Shown here: positions 19,942 to 29,511 of the stretch, piece by piece
How the letters are laid out: each line of letters begins with the position of its first letter
How positions within the stretch are numbered: position 1 is the stretch's first letter
Source of the DNA: Acetobacteraceae bacterium
GTDB lineage: Bacteria; Pseudomonadota; Alphaproteobacteria; Acetobacterales; Acetobacteraceae
Reading direction: 5' to 3'
Assembly (NCBI GenBank): GCA_027365195.1
Contig: DAHXNW010000282.1
Coordinates: 1-50,973, forward strand
Length of the DNA stretch: 50,973 nucleotides
Position numbers and translations under genes: made by a program
Notes under the pieces: generated by a model
Told to the model about the DNA's origin: nothing
Database searches by the model: none
The model's input: the letters and a program-made list of their open reading frames with translations, nothing else

Positions 19942-20729
19942 CAGCCCGCTGCCTCCAGCCGCAGCGCCAGATGGCCGCCGAGCATCGCGAGCACGCTACG
20001 GTCGCTCTCCCGGAGCGCCAGCGATTCGAGCAGCCGCAGCGCCCGCCCGGCCGGATTGCGCCGCGCCAGATCCCGCAGCGCGGGCAGCCGGGGCGGCGTG
20101 TCCGGCTGCGGCGTGGCGTGGTAGGCAGCCTCCAACCAGGGTCCATCGGCGCCGTCATCCGGCAGCAGCACCAGGGCGGCGCCAAGCTCCCACGCGGTGT
20201 GGCGCTTGGCGCCCAGCGGCTCGGGGAGCGGGGCGTCATAGGCGCAGAGCAGCACCGGCACACGCTCCGCCTGCACCTCCGCCATCGCCTTCAGCAATCC
20301 GGCGGCGAAGCTCGCGTCATGGCCGCCGAGGCAGCAGGCCGGCTGCGCCGAGCCGGCGCCGATCGCCCAGTAGCCGGCGGCGGCGTTATGCACCGAGTTG
20401 TGGAACTGCGTCGGTGACACATCCGCCTCCGGCGTCGCCAGGGCGGCGAGAATGCCATGAATCACGGCGCCATCGCCATCGCTGCTGGCGAACACGGACC
20501 GCAGTTGCGCGGCCGGCAGCCCCGCCATCGCCACCGCCTCCGCCGCGGCGGCGAGGGCGAGGCGCACCACGAGGCCGGCGCGTCGCCGCTCGGTGGCAGC
20601 GAGCAGCGCGGGCGGCGGTGGCAGCGCCTCGTCGAGCCACGGCCGCACCCCGGTCAGCACCGGACGACTGGCGGAAAAGCCCGGCAAGCTCGGTCCCCAC
20701 AGCCCGATGCCGCCGATCCGTGCGCGCAT
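19941..20729 (-). CDS. Beta-ketoacyl synthase N-terminal-like / chain-length-factor-like protein
   Basis: 262 aa from the internal ATG 20729 of track ORF 19941..21383 (MRARIGGIGLWGP...). Thiolase-fold-like, but lacks the TACxS active-site Cys block. 1-nt TGATG junction with the KS gene. Confidence 0.6.
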   Translation of the reverse strand: MRARIGGIGLWGPSLPGFSASRPVLTGVRPWLDEALPPPPALLAATERRRAGLVVRLALAAAAEAVAMAGLPAAQLRSVFASSDGDGAVIHGILAALATPEADVSPTQFHNSVHNAAAGYWAIGAGSAQPACCLGGHDASFAAGLLKAMAEVQAERVPVLLCAYDAPLPEPLGAKRHTAWELGAALVLLPDDGADGPWLEAAYHATPQPDTPPRLPALRDLARRNPAGRALRLLESLALRESDRSVLAMLGGHLALRLEAAG

Positions 20730-21919
20730 CAGCCGGTTCCCAACAAAAGGCTGCAATTGATGCCGCCGAAACCGAAGGCATTGCACAGCACGCGCCGCAC
20801 CGGCGCGGCGCGATTTTCCCTCAGCACGGCGGCGCGAAATGCCGGATCGGGCGTGCGCAGGCCGAGGCAGCCGGGCAGGAGCCCATGGCGGATGCATAAG
20901 CCGCCGATCAGCACGCCGAGGATGCCCGAGGCGCCGAGCGTGTGGCCGGTCCAGCCCTTGGTCGAACTGCATGGCGTGGCCGTGCCGAATACCGTCGAGA
21001 CGGCGAGGTCTTCCATCGCATCGTTCGCCCGCGTGCCGGTGCCGTGCAGATGGATGTAGTCGACGGCCTCCGCCGGCAAGCCGGCGCGCGCCAGCGCCTC
21101 GCGCATCGCGCCGATCGCGCCGGCGCCGCGCGGGTCGGGCGCGGACATGTGATAGCCATCGCTGCTCGCGCCATGGCCGAGCAGCAGCAGCCCCTCCGCC
21201 TGCCCGGGCCGCGCGCCGGGCCGTTCCAGCAGGGCGAAGCCGGCCGCCTCGCCGATCGAGATACCGGCGCGCTCGGCATCGCAGGGCCGGCATGGATCGG
21301 GCGAAATCAGTTCGAGCGCGGCAAAGCCACGCAATGTCAACTGGCACAGACTGTCCACCCCGCCGACCACGGCGGCATCGCACACGCCACTCTCGATCAG
21401 ATGGCGGGCATCGACGAAGCTGCGCGCGCTGGAGGCGCAGGCGGTGGAGATCGCCAGCGCCGGGCCGGTGAGCGCGAGGGCGGCACGCACGTATCGCGCG
21501 AGCGAGGCCATGTCCTGCGTATGCTCCTGGTCGAAACCGCTGGGCAGCGCGCCGCTCACCGGATCGCGCGCGGCATAGGCCTCCTCGGCGGCGAGGATGC
21601 CGGAGGTGCTGGTGCCGAGCACGACCGCGATCCGCGCCGGGCCATAATGCGCGCGCGCCGCGGCTACCGCCTCGGCAAAACCGTCGGTGCGCAGCGCGAG
21701 ATCGGCGAGACGGTTGTTGCGGCAGGCAAAGCGCGCCAGCGCCGGCGGCAACTCATGCTCCTCCACCCCCGCCACGCGGCCGATATGGCCGCTGCGGATG
21801 CTGGCGAAGTCGGCGTGGCGCAGACCGCTACGGCCCGATTGCAGTGACGCCAATGTTTCACCCGCACCGCGCCCGGCGGCGCTCACCAGGGTGCCGGCGC
21901 CGATCAGCAGCGGGTGCAT
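20729..21919 (-). CDS. Beta-ketoacyl-ACP synthase (FabF/FabB-like KS)
   Basis: Active-site blocks ISTACASSARS (Cys), YHMSAPDP (His), IHLHGTGTRANDAME (His), STKGWTGHTLGASG, NAFGFGGINCSLL. Start chosen at ATG 21919 (MHPLLIGAG); an alternative start lies at 21994. Confidence 0.85.
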   Translation of the reverse strand: MHPLLIGAGTLVSAAGRGAGETLASLQSGRSGLRHADFASIRSGHIGRVAGVEEHELPPALARFACRNNRLADLALRTDGFAEAVAAARAHYGPARIAVVLGTSTSGILAAEEAYAARDPVSGALPSGFDQEHTQDMASLARYVRAALALTGPALAISTACASSARSFVDARHLIESGVCDAAVVGGVDSLCQLTLRGFAALELISPDPCRPCDAERAGISIGEAAGFALLERPGARPGQAEGLLLLGHGASSDGYHMSAPDPRGAGAIGAMREALARAGLPAEAVDYIHLHGTGTRANDAMEDLAVSTVFGTATPCSSTKGWTGHTLGASGILGVLIGGLCIRHGLLPGCLGLRTPDPAFRAAVLRENRAAPVRRVLCNAFGFGGINCSLLLGTG

Positions 21920-22000
21920 GACGGGTGGGATGGTCTCGATGATGCGAACACTCCTCTCTCGGTTGCAGATGTGGCGCCGGATCGCCGATCGCAAAGAGGC

Positions 22001-24328
22001 TCAGGATTCTTCAACCCGTTCACCGGCGAACAGAAAGCCGCAGGCCATCGCCGCCAGGGCGCCGATCGCGACGGTGGTGCCGATCTGGCGCAGCAGCGGG
22101 GTGCGGCAGAGGGCGAGCAGACCGAAGCTCATCAGCGTCATCGCGTTACAAATGATCAGCGTGCGCAGCGTGCGTGCCCGTTCCTCGATGTCGAGTCCGC
22201 GCCGGGCGAAAAACAATGCGTAGTCGAGCCCGATGCCGATGACGAACTGCAACGCGACGACATGCAACAGCGTCAACCGCCGGTCGATCAGGCTGAGTGT
22301 CGCAAGCGTCAGCACCGCCGCGGCGCCGACCGCGCCGACCACACGCAGCACGCGCGCCGGCTGGCGCAGCCCCACCGCCAGCGCCAGCAGTGCCGCAGCC
22401 CCGCCGATCGCGAGCCAGCGCCATGCCCGGCGCGCGTAGGCGCCGATGAGACGATTGGTCTCGGCGCCGATATCGAGCAGCGCCACGCCGGTCTGCCCGG
22501 CCATCGCCGCCGCCAGGGCTGTCGGGTCTGTGATGGCGCGCGGTGCGATCAGCCCGAACCAAGTTCCGTGGCGCGCAAACAGCAGCGGTTGGAGCCGCGC
22601 GCGCAGCAGCGGCGTGGTGAAATCGGCGAGTCCCAGCGGCGCCATCGCCCGGCTGGCGGTGACATCGGCGAGAAAGCCGTCGAACGCGCTGCTCGAAAAC
22701 CCCAGCCCTTCTTCCGCCGCCGCCAGCCGCGCCCGCAGCTCCGCCGGCGCCGGCAGGGCGGCCTGGCGCGCCCGCTGGGTCGCCGCGCTCGGCAGGAAGC
22801 TGGCGGCCAACTCCGCCCCGCCGATCACCCGCGCGTGCTGCAACGCATCGAGCACCGGCAGCAGCGCCTCCTCGCGCGCGAGCACCGCCTCCGCGCTGGG
22901 CGCGCGGACCACCAGCAGCACGCCCGGCTCCGGCGCACCCACCTCGCCGCGCAACTCGGCGTCGAGCGCGAGTGCGCGGGGCGGCACCGGGCTCAAGGCC
23001 GCCAGATCGGTTCGCAACCGTGGCGGATGCACGAGCAATGATAGTCCCGCTGCCGCGACCACCCCCAGCGCCCAGCCGCGATGGCGCCGCAGCCGCTCGA
23101 ATCGCAGCAGCCGCGCCGGATCGCCGGCAGCGACCGGGGCCAGATCGGCGGCGACGATCAGCCGGGGCAGCACGAATCGCGTGGCGGCGGCGGCGGCGAG
23201 CACACCGACCACCGAGAATACGCCGAGCTGCGCAAGGCCCGGCAGGCCGGAGAAGGTCATGCCGGCGAGACCACAGGCGGCCGCCACCACGGTCATCGCG
23301 AGCGTCGCACCGATGCGGCGCAATGTGCCGGCGGCGGCTTCGCCTTGCTTGCGATGGCCAATGAGCAAAACAGGATAATCGACTGTGATTCCAAGCATCG
23401 TCATGCCGAATCCCAGGGTGATCGCATGCACGAAGCCAAAGCCGATCTGCACCGCCAGGGCGGCGGCGCCGAGGCTGAGCAGCACTGGCACGCCGATCGC
23501 CGCGAGCAGCCAGGGCGAGCGGAAGCGCCAGAGCAGCAATGTTACGATCAGCAGGGTGGAGAGCACCGAGACGAACCACACATCGCCCTCGATGCGCGCC
23601 GCCGCCGCGCGGGCGAACACCGCCGGCCCGCTATAGCGCAGCTTTGCACCCGCCGCGCCGCTCTCCTGCCGGGCGGCGGCGAAGGCGGCGCGGATGGTGC
23701 GATCGACCATGTCCTGGGCGGCGATATCCATCCCGGCGGCATGGGTGCGCAGCAGCAGCAGCGCGCGCGGGCGGTCGGCAGCGAACCAGACGCCGTCTCG
23801 CATCTGCACCGTGCTCGCGCCGAGCCATTGCCGCGCGATGGCGCGAAAGGCGCCGGTCGGGTCGGCAAGGCCGAAGTGTTCGGCGAGCGGGGCGGCGGAG
23901 GATTGCAGCGTATCGAGCAGATCCCGCAGATCCTGGCGCAGCGCCGGGGTGGCGAAGCTCGCTGTCGTGGTCGCCGGCGAGAGCAGATAGCGATGGCGGA
24001 AGAGGAAATCGATCTCCCGCTCGTCGGTCTCGGCCGCCCCGTTCGCCACCAGATCGAACGCCCCGGAGGCCGCGAGCCGCGCCGCCAATGCGCGGCTCAG
24101 CCGGCCTAGCGTGGCGGGTGGAGCGCCGTCCAGCCCGAGCAGGATCAGGCTCGCCGCCGGGCCGGCGCGCAATTCGTCGAGCATGAAGCGGCTGTTGGCG
24201 CTGTTGCCGGCGGGCAGCAGGTCGATCATGTCGGCGCGCAGATCGACGCGGCGGAACACCCCGGCCGCGAGGAGTGCGGCGAGCGCCAGCGCCGCCAGCA
24301 ACGGGAGGACGCGTACCGCTGGCCTCAT
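22001..24328 (-). CDS. MMPL/RND-superfamily exporter
   Basis: 775 aa. Two hydrophobic multi-TM blocks are separated by soluble loops, the architecture of the predicted RND-type exporters found in aryl polyene and xanthomonadin clusters. ATGA overlap with the LolA-like gene. Confidence 0.7.
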   Translation of the reverse strand: MRPAVRVLPLLAALALAALLAAGVFRRVDLRADMIDLLPAGNSANSRFMLDELRAGPAASLILLGLDGAPPATLGRLSRALAARLAASGAFDLVANGAAETDEREIDFLFRHRYLLSPATTTASFATPALRQDLRDLLDTLQSSAAPLAEHFGLADPTGAFRAIARQWLGASTVQMRDGVWFAADRPRALLLLRTHAAGMDIAAQDMVDRTIRAAFAAARQESGAAGAKLRYSGPAVFARAAAARIEGDVWFVSVLSTLLIVTLLLWRFRSPWLLAAIGVPVLLSLGAAALAVQIGFGFVHAITLGFGMTMLGITVDYPVLLIGHRKQGEAAAGTLRRIGATLAMTVVAAACGLAGMTFSGLPGLAQLGVFSVVGVLAAAAATRFVLPRLIVAADLAPVAAGDPARLLRFERLRRHRGWALGVVAAAGLSLLVHPPRLRTDLAALSPVPPRALALDAELRGEVGAPEPGVLLVVRAPSAEAVLAREEALLPVLDALQHARVIGGAELAASFLPSAATQRARQAALPAPAELRARLAAAEEGLGFSSSAFDGFLADVTASRAMAPLGLADFTTPLLRARLQPLLFARHGTWFGLIAPRAITDPTALAAAMAGQTGVALLDIGAETNRLIGAYARRAWRWLAIGGAAALLALAVGLRQPARVLRVVGAVGAAAVLTLATLSLIDRRLTLLHVVALQFVIGIGLDYALFFARRGLDIEERARTLRTLIICNAMTLMSFGLLALCRTPLLRQIGTTVAIGALAAMACGFLFAGERVEES

Positions 24329-24912
24329 GGCGGCAGCGGCGTGAGCGTGAGGCGCTGCGCGTCGCCATTCGCCTGCACGATGCGGATCTGGCGCAGATCG
24401 GTGCCGGCGCCGTCGATCACCACATAGCGCAGAAAGCGCCGGCCGGCGGCATCGCTCGGCACCAGCACCATCTGCCAGTTGTCGAAACTACCGGCGAGGC
24501 GCGGCTCGAAATGCTGTTCCAAACTGGCGAGATCGCCTTGCAGCGGCGCGCGGATGGCCGCGATGATGGCGGCGATCTCGGGATGTTCGGTCAGGTCGAG
24601 ATGGCGCGGTGCGGCGTCGCCACGGCTCAGCGTGAGGGCGGCGCCATCGATGACGAGATTTTCGGATCGTGGCGCAATCGTCTGTTTTTGCAAAAAATCA
24701 GGTCGCCGATAGACCAGCACGCCAGTGCTCTCCTGCGGTTGCGCGAGGGCGGCGAGCCGGCTCTCCTCGGTGAACGCCGCGCGCCGCGCCGGGATCTGCG
24801 CGAGCCGGCGCATCAGCGTGGCGAGCAGCGGCTCGGCCGGCGGGCTATCCGCCAGCGTTCGGCGGGGCGCCAGCAGCAGCGCGATCGCGAGACAGGCCAG
24901 GCGTCTGTTCAT
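24325..24912 (-). CDS. LolA-like outer-membrane lipoprotein carrier family protein (secreted)
   Basis: 195 aa from the internal ATG 24912 of track ORF 24325..25326. Signal-peptide-like N-terminus MNRRLACLAIALLLAPRRTLA. Size and position match ApeL-type proteins. Weak primary-sequence evidence. Confidence 0.5.
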   Translation of the reverse strand: MNRRLACLAIALLLAPRRTLADSPPAEPLLATLMRRLAQIPARRAAFTEESRLAALAQPQESTGVLVYRRPDFLQKQTIAPRSENLVIDGAALTLSRGDAAPRHLDLTEHPEIAAIIAAIRAPLQGDLASLEQHFEPRLAGSFDNWQMVLVPSDAAGRRFLRYVVIDGAGTDLRQIRIVQANGDAQRLTLTPLPP

Positions 24913-25819
24913 CGGCGGCCGGCTCCCAGAACGGATAGAAGTTGAACCAGTCGAACGGGTGCGCCCGGCACATCGTCTCCAGCCGGGCGGCATAGCGCGC
25001 GACCCACGGCCCGGCGTCGGCCAGCCGCTGCGCCCGGCGCAGCACGATGCGCTCGGCGAACGGCTCGAAGCGCACCGCATAGCGTCGCGGCCCGGTGCGT
25101 ATGGCATAGAACAGCAGGCTCGGCACCCCCAGCGCCGCCGCCAGCAGCACCGGCCCGGCGGGAAACCCGGCGCGGGCGCCGAGGAACTCGACCTCCACCA
25201 CATGGCGCGTGCCGGCCAGCCGGTCGGCCAGGATACCGAGGATTTCGCCGCGCGCCAGACATTCCTGCGCCCGCAGCATTGCCGCCGGCGTGCCCATCTC
25301 GATGATATGCGACGGCAGAGCACCACGCGGCAGACCCTCCAGCCGCTCCAGCGTGCGCGTCAGCGCGCCCATGTTGTCGCGGAACATCAGCGCCTTTACC
25401 GGAACCGGTGCCTGCCGGGCGATGGCGCGCAGCACCTCGAAACTGCCCAGATGGGCGCCGAGCAGCAGGCAGCCGCGCTCTGCCGCCAGCATCGCCCGCA
25501 GATGGTCGAGGCCGGTGATCTCGATCTCGAACCGCTCCGCACGGTCGGCGAGCAGAAAGACGCGATCGAGGATGGCGTGCGAGAATTGGTGAAAATGCCG
25601 GCACACCTCCCACGCCGTCGCCGGCCGGCCGAGGGCGCGGCATAGATACCCGCGCGAGGCGGCGCGCGCCGGCTGGCTGGTGAGCAGAAACCAGCCGGTG
25701 ATCGGCAGCAGCAGCAAACGGGCGAAGGACCAGCCGAGATGCAGGCAGAGAAACAGCGCGAGGCGTAGCAGGACGGCGCTGCCGCGTTCGCCCTGCCGCA
25801 TCCAGCGCGTCCGCGTCAT
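24845..25819 (-). CDS. Lysophospholipid/lipid A-type acyltransferase (LpxL/HtrB-like LPLAT)
   Basis: 324 aa. N-terminal membrane anchor, HLGSFE block (HxxxxE/D-type acyltransferase motif) and the C-terminal NFYPFW typical of this family. ATGA overlap with the upstream dehydratase stop. Confidence 0.65.
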   Translation of the reverse strand: MTRTRWMRQGERGSAVLLRLALFLCLHLGWSFARLLLLPITGWFLLTSQPARAASRGYLCRALGRPATAWEVCRHFHQFSHAILDRVFLLADRAERFEIEITGLDHLRAMLAAERGCLLLGAHLGSFEVLRAIARQAPVPVKALMFRDNMGALTRTLERLEGLPRGALPSHIIEMGTPAAMLRAQECLARGEILGILADRLAGTRHVVEVEFLGARAGFPAGPVLLAAALGVPSLLFYAIRTGPRRYAVRFEPFAERIVLRRAQRLADAGPWVARYAARLETMCRAHPFDWFNFYPFWEPAADEQTPGLSRDRAAAGAPPNAGG

Positions 25820-26133
25820 GCGCGCAGGGCCATGCCGCGCAGCACTTGGAGGGCGCCGACGCTGCCGACGAAATCGAGCCGTGCGTCATTGCGCTGGAAC
25901 CGCACGCACACGCATTGCCCGGGCAGCACCGGGGCGAGGAATTTCACCCGCGCCAGCCCGAGCACCGGGTAGTCCGGCGCGGCTTCGGCGAGGCAGAGGA
26001 GGATATGATCGAGGAGCAACGCGCCCGGCACCACCGGATGGCCAGGGAAATGCCCGGGGAGCGCGGGATGCTCGGGTGGAATGCTGAACGCTCCCGCCGT
26101 CTCCCCCGTCGCCGACGCGTGGGGCTCAGCCAT
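25816..26133 (-). CDS. Hotdog-fold dehydratase (FabA/FabZ-like)
   Basis: 105 aa from the internal ATG 26133. Motif HPALPGHFPGHPVVPGALLLD (FabZ-like HFPxxPVxPG). 8-nt overlap with the AMP-ligase stop. Confidence 0.65.
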   Translation of the reverse strand: MAEPHASATGETAGAFSIPPEHPALPGHFPGHPVVPGALLLDHILLCLAEAAPDYPVLGLARVKFLAPVLPGQCVCVRFQRNDARLDFVGSVGALQVLRGMALRA

Positions 26134-27481
26134 CGTCGAGCAGCGCCAGCAGCGCCTGGCGGGGCAGCTTGCCGAGCGCGTCCCGCGGCAGGGCGGCGAC
26201 GCGCACCAGCCGGCGCGGCAGGAAGACGGGATCGATCCGTCCCCGCAGCGCCGCCAGAATCTCCGAAGGCGAATGTGCCGGGGCGACGAAAAGCGCCTGC
26301 ATCCGCGCCACAGGCTGTGCTGCATCGTCGATCATGGACTCGGCCATGGACTCGGTGGGGGCGAGGAATACGCCGTCTTCGACACCCTCGATCTCGTTCA
26401 GGATGCGGTTCAGCCCGGCGAGCGAGGCACGCCGGCCGGCGAGCTTGATCACATCGCCGCCACGGCCGAGCAGGCGGAAATGCTCGGCGTCCTGCATCTC
26501 GATCGCATCGGCGAGCGGGCATGGTTCGGCGCCCGGTCGGCTGACGATGGGGGCGTCGGCGATGCCGATCCGTATGCCGGGATAGAGCCGCCAGAGCGGA
26601 GTGTCCGTGGGGCGGCGGCTGGCAATGGAACCGAGTTCGGTGGCACCGAAAATCTCCTCCACCGGCGCGCCGAAGCGCGCTTCCGCCGCCGCTGCGATGC
26701 TGGCATCGAGCGGTGCCGTCGCCGAGACGATGCGCGCGAGCGGCGGCAGATCGAGGCTGTGGCGCAGCAGCGAGCGCAGATGCAGCGGTGTCGTCACCAG
26801 CACGCGCGGTGCCGGACAGGCCGCGAGCGCGCGACGCAGATCGTCCGGGTAGAAGGCGGCACCGCACCAGCTCGACGCGCCGGCATGCAGCGGCAGCAAC
26901 ACGGTGGTCTCGAAGCCATACATATGCGCGGGCGGCACGGTGCCGACGATGGCGACCGGATGCGCCGGGGAGAGGGCGAACTGCGTGGCGGCGGCACGGC
27001 TGCGCCACACCAGCTCGCCCCAGCTCTTGTGATAGGCGAGCGGCTCGCCGGTGCTGCCAGAGGTGAACACGATCGCCACCACCTGTGCCGCAGGGATCGA
27101 TGCCGCCGGCATTAGCGCCGCTTGCGGCCATGGCGGCAGGCAGCGATGCGCTGCGAGCGGGCTTGGGGTGGCCGGGTCGTCGGCGATCGAGGAGGCATCG
27201 GCGAAGCGCGTGGCGATCGCGCGCAGCCGCTCCGCCGGCCCGTCGCCGGGCGCGATGCTGATCTGTCCGCGCAGCGCGGCGGCGAGCGTGGCGAGGGCGA
27301 AGCCGCTGCGGCTGCGGCAGAGATTGAGCAGATAGCGCCGCTCGGGCAACGCCTCGGCGAGGTGGTGCGCGGCGGTGTTCGCCTGCGCCGCGGTGATAGG
27401 GCCGGCTGCGGTGCGGAACAGCACGGCATCATCCGGGCGCCCAATCAGCGGCAGGGGAGAACCGTCGCCGAGAGCGCTCAT
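26126..27481 (-). CDS. AMP-dependent synthetase/ligase (aryl/acyl-ACP ligase-like)
   Basis: 451 aa. Degenerate AMP-binding core IVFTSGSTGEPLAYHKS, later GATELG and a C-terminal LPRDALGKLPRQ lysine block. Sits directly downstream of an ACP gene. Confidence 0.75.
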   Translation of the reverse strand: MSALGDGSPLPLIGRPDDAVLFRTAAGPITAAQANTAAHHLAEALPERRYLLNLCRSRSGFALATLAAALRGQISIAPGDGPAERLRAIATRFADASSIADDPATPSPLAAHRCLPPWPQAALMPAASIPAAQVVAIVFTSGSTGEPLAYHKSWGELVWRSRAAATQFALSPAHPVAIVGTVPPAHMYGFETTVLLPLHAGASSWCGAAFYPDDLRRALAACPAPRVLVTTPLHLRSLLRHSLDLPPLARIVSATAPLDASIAAAAEARFGAPVEEIFGATELGSIASRRPTDTPLWRLYPGIRIGIADAPIVSRPGAEPCPLADAIEMQDAEHFRLLGRGGDVIKLAGRRASLAGLNRILNEIEGVEDGVFLAPTESMAESMIDDAAQPVARMQALFVAPAHSPSEILAALRGRIDPVFLPRRLVRVAALPRDALGKLPRQALLALLDDG

Positions 27482-27490
27482 CGCCGCCGC

Positions 27491-27787
27491 CTATTGCGTG
27501 CGGTGGCGCTCGATATGGCCGGCGAGGCTGCGCAGCGAGGCAAAAATCCGGCCGTTCTGTTCATCGTCGGATTTCAGCTCGACGCCGTAGCGGCGCGACA
27601 CCGCGAGGGCGATCTCCAGCGCATCGATCGAATCGAGACCCAGACCCTCATGGAACAGCGCCGCCTCCGGCTGGATATCCGCCGCTGCGACCTCAAGTTG
27701 CAATACGGAGACCAGCAATTCCGCCAGCTCCCGCTCGAAATGCGCCGATGGCGTCGCGCGCGGCTCATCGGGTTGATATACGTTCAT
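27491..27787 (-). CDS. Acyl carrier protein
   Basis: 98 aa from ATG 27787. Phosphopantetheine attachment motif GLDSIDALEI. The track ORF uses an upstream TTG at 27805. Confidence 0.8.
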   Translation of the reverse strand: MNVYQPDEPRATPSAHFERELAELLVSVLQLEVAAADIQPEAALFHEGLGLDSIDALEIALAVSRRYGVELKSDDEQNGRIFASLRSLAGHIERHRTQ

Positions 27788-27872
27788 CGCGTCCAATGGA
27801 GGCAACCTCGCTCATCTTGTTTCATATTTTAGCGGACTCCTGGCCCGGCGGCAAACCGTATCCGGGCCGGCG

Positions 27873-28742
27873 ATGAGCGGGCGATTGGCCCGGCGCTGGC
27901 GGCCGACGCCGCTGGCCGCCGCCTCGATCGCGCTGCATGGCGTGGCCGCACTCGCAACGCTCGCCGATCCGGCGGTCTGGCGCTGGGCGCTGGGTGGCGT
28001 GCTGGCCGACCATGCGCTGCTCGGCGCGCTGGGCATGCTGCCGCGTTCGACGTTGATCGGGGCGAGCATCACCCGGCTGCCCACCGCCGCCGTGCGGCGC
28101 GGCGAGGTGGCGCTCACCTTCGATGACGGGCCGGACCCGCGCCATACGCCGCGCGTGCTCGCCCTGCTGGCGGCGCATGACGCGCGGGCGAGTTTTTTCT
28201 GCATCGGCGAACGCGCGGCGGCCTATCCGGATCTGGTGGCCGAGATCGTCCGCCGCGGTCATGGCGTGGAGAATCACAGCCATCGCCATTCCTATGGCTT
28301 CGCCCTCCACGGCCCCACGTGGTTGCGCCGGGAGATCGTGGAGGCGCAGGCGGCGATCGCCGCACGGGCACCCCCGCCGGCGTTCTTCCGCGCGCCGATG
28401 GGGCTGCGCAACCCACTGCTCGACCCGGTGCTGGCGGCCTTGGGGCTGCGGTATGTCGCCTGGACCCGGCGCGGACTCGACACAGTGCCGCGCGCCGATG
28501 CGGCGGGCGTGCTGCGCCGCCTCACCCGTGGCCTGGCGGCGGGCGATATCCTGTTGCTGCACGACGCCACGGGGCCATGGCGCGGCGATGCGCCGCCGCT
28601 CTCGCTCCAGGTACTGCCCGCGCTGCTCGATGGTCTCGCCGTGCGCGGGCTGCGCGGGGTTTCTCTGACGCAAGGGTTATGTATGGGCGTTGCACCGGCA
28701 CCGGCCCGCACCCCCACCCGGCCACCCATGCAAGTATACTGA
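27873..28742 (+). CDS. Polysaccharide deacetylase (NodB homology domain) family protein
   Basis: 289 aa. N-terminal TM segment, NodB motifs LTFDDGPDP, HGVENHSHRH, FFRAPMG, ILLLHD. The last ~15 codons and the TGA stop lie inside hairpin repeat copy 1. Confidence 0.85.
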   Translation: MSGRLARRWRPTPLAAASIALHGVAALATLADPAVWRWALGGVLADHALLGALGMLPRSTLIGASITRLPTAAVRRGEVALTFDDGPDPRHTPRVLALLAAHDARASFFCIGERAAAYPDLVAEIVRRGHGVENHSHRHSYGFALHGPTWLRREIVEAQAAIAARAPPPAFFRAPMGLRNPLLDPVLAALGLRYVAWTRRGLDTVPRADAAGVLRRLTRGLAAGDILLLHDATGPWRGDAPPLSLQVLPALLDGLAVRGLRGVSLTQGLCMGVAPAPARTPTRPPMQVY

Positions 28743-28779
28743 CGTGGGTGGCCGGCTGGGGGTGCGGGCCGGTGCCGGT
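28694..28779. repeat. Palindromic intergenic repeat, copy 1 (35-bp arms, 16-nt loop)
   Basis: Left arm ACCGGCACCGGCCCGCACCCCCACCCGGCCACCCA, loop TGCAAGTATACTGACG, right arm TGGGTGGCCGGCTGGGGGTGCGGGCCGGTGCCGGT. One mismatch in 35 bp. It fills the gap between the convergent deacetylase and GT2 genes exactly. Confidence 0.85.
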
Positions 28780-29505
28780 TCAACGTGACAGCATCTTCCA
28801 CAGCCAGCCGAGCATCAGGCGCAGATGCATCCAGCTCAGCAGCAGATTGTCGCGCCGGTAGCGGAAATGCGACACGCCGCCCTCCTCCGGGCGCAGATAA
28901 CGCACGGGGGCGGGAAGGTTGACCGCCGGCACGCCTCGCCAGCTCAGCCGCACCACTGCCTCGGCATCGAAATCGAATCGGCGCATCCAGCGCCCGGCCT
29001 CCATCACCGCGCGCAGTGCGGCGATGGGATAGACGCGAAAGCCGAACAGCGAATCCTCGATGCCGGCCCGCCCGGTTTCCAGCCGCACCCACCAATTCGA
29101 CACGCGTCGCCCGCGCACCCGCAACCGTGGCGCATCGGCGGCGAATTGCGGCACGCCGAGGATCATCGCCTCCGGTGCGGCGCGCGAGGCGGCGATGAAC
29201 GGGGCGATGCTGGCGGCCGGGTGCTGGCCATCGGCATCCATCACCAGCGCGTGGGTGAACCCCTCCGCCGCCGCCGCCTGCAAGCCCGCGAGCACTGCGG
29301 CCCCCTTGCCGCGGTTGACCGGCAGGCGCAAGAGCCGCAACCCCGGCTGCTCAGCCAGCATGGCCTCCAGCGGTGCCGCACTGCCATCGTCACTGCCATC
29401 GAGCACGACCCAGACCGGCGTCCAGCAGGCCAGCGCCTCGCGCACGGTGGCGGCCAGCCGGGCGCCGCCGTTGTAGCTCGGCATCAGAACGAGATGGCGC
29501 GTCAC
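28780..29505 (-). CDS. Glycosyltransferase family 2
   Basis: 241 aa. GT-A blocks LMPSYNGG, LDGSDDGS, NRGKGAAV, MDADGQH (DxD region). Confidence 0.8.
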   Translation of the reverse strand: MTRHLVLMPSYNGGARLAATVREALACWTPVWVVLDGSDDGSAAPLEAMLAEQPGLRLLRLPVNRGKGAAVLAGLQAAAAEGFTHALVMDADGQHPAASIAPFIAASRAAPEAMILGVPQFAADAPRLRVRGRRVSNWWVRLETGRAGIEDSLFGFRVYPIAALRAVMEAGRWMRRFDFDAEAVVRLSWRGVPAVNLPAPVRYLRPEEGGVSHFRYRRDNLLLSWMHLRLMLGWLWKMLSR

Positions 29506-29511
29506 GCTTTA

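Noticed and set aside
17487-24109. Plus-strand ORFs 17487..18845, 18200..19591, 19787..20899, 20942..21847, 21914..23041, 23081..24109 and minus-strand alternative frames 22146..23579, 23631..24368
   Set aside because: All lie opposite to, or out of frame with, the polyene-cluster genes that carry real catalytic motifs. Their products are Arg/Pro/Ala/Gly-rich without motifs.
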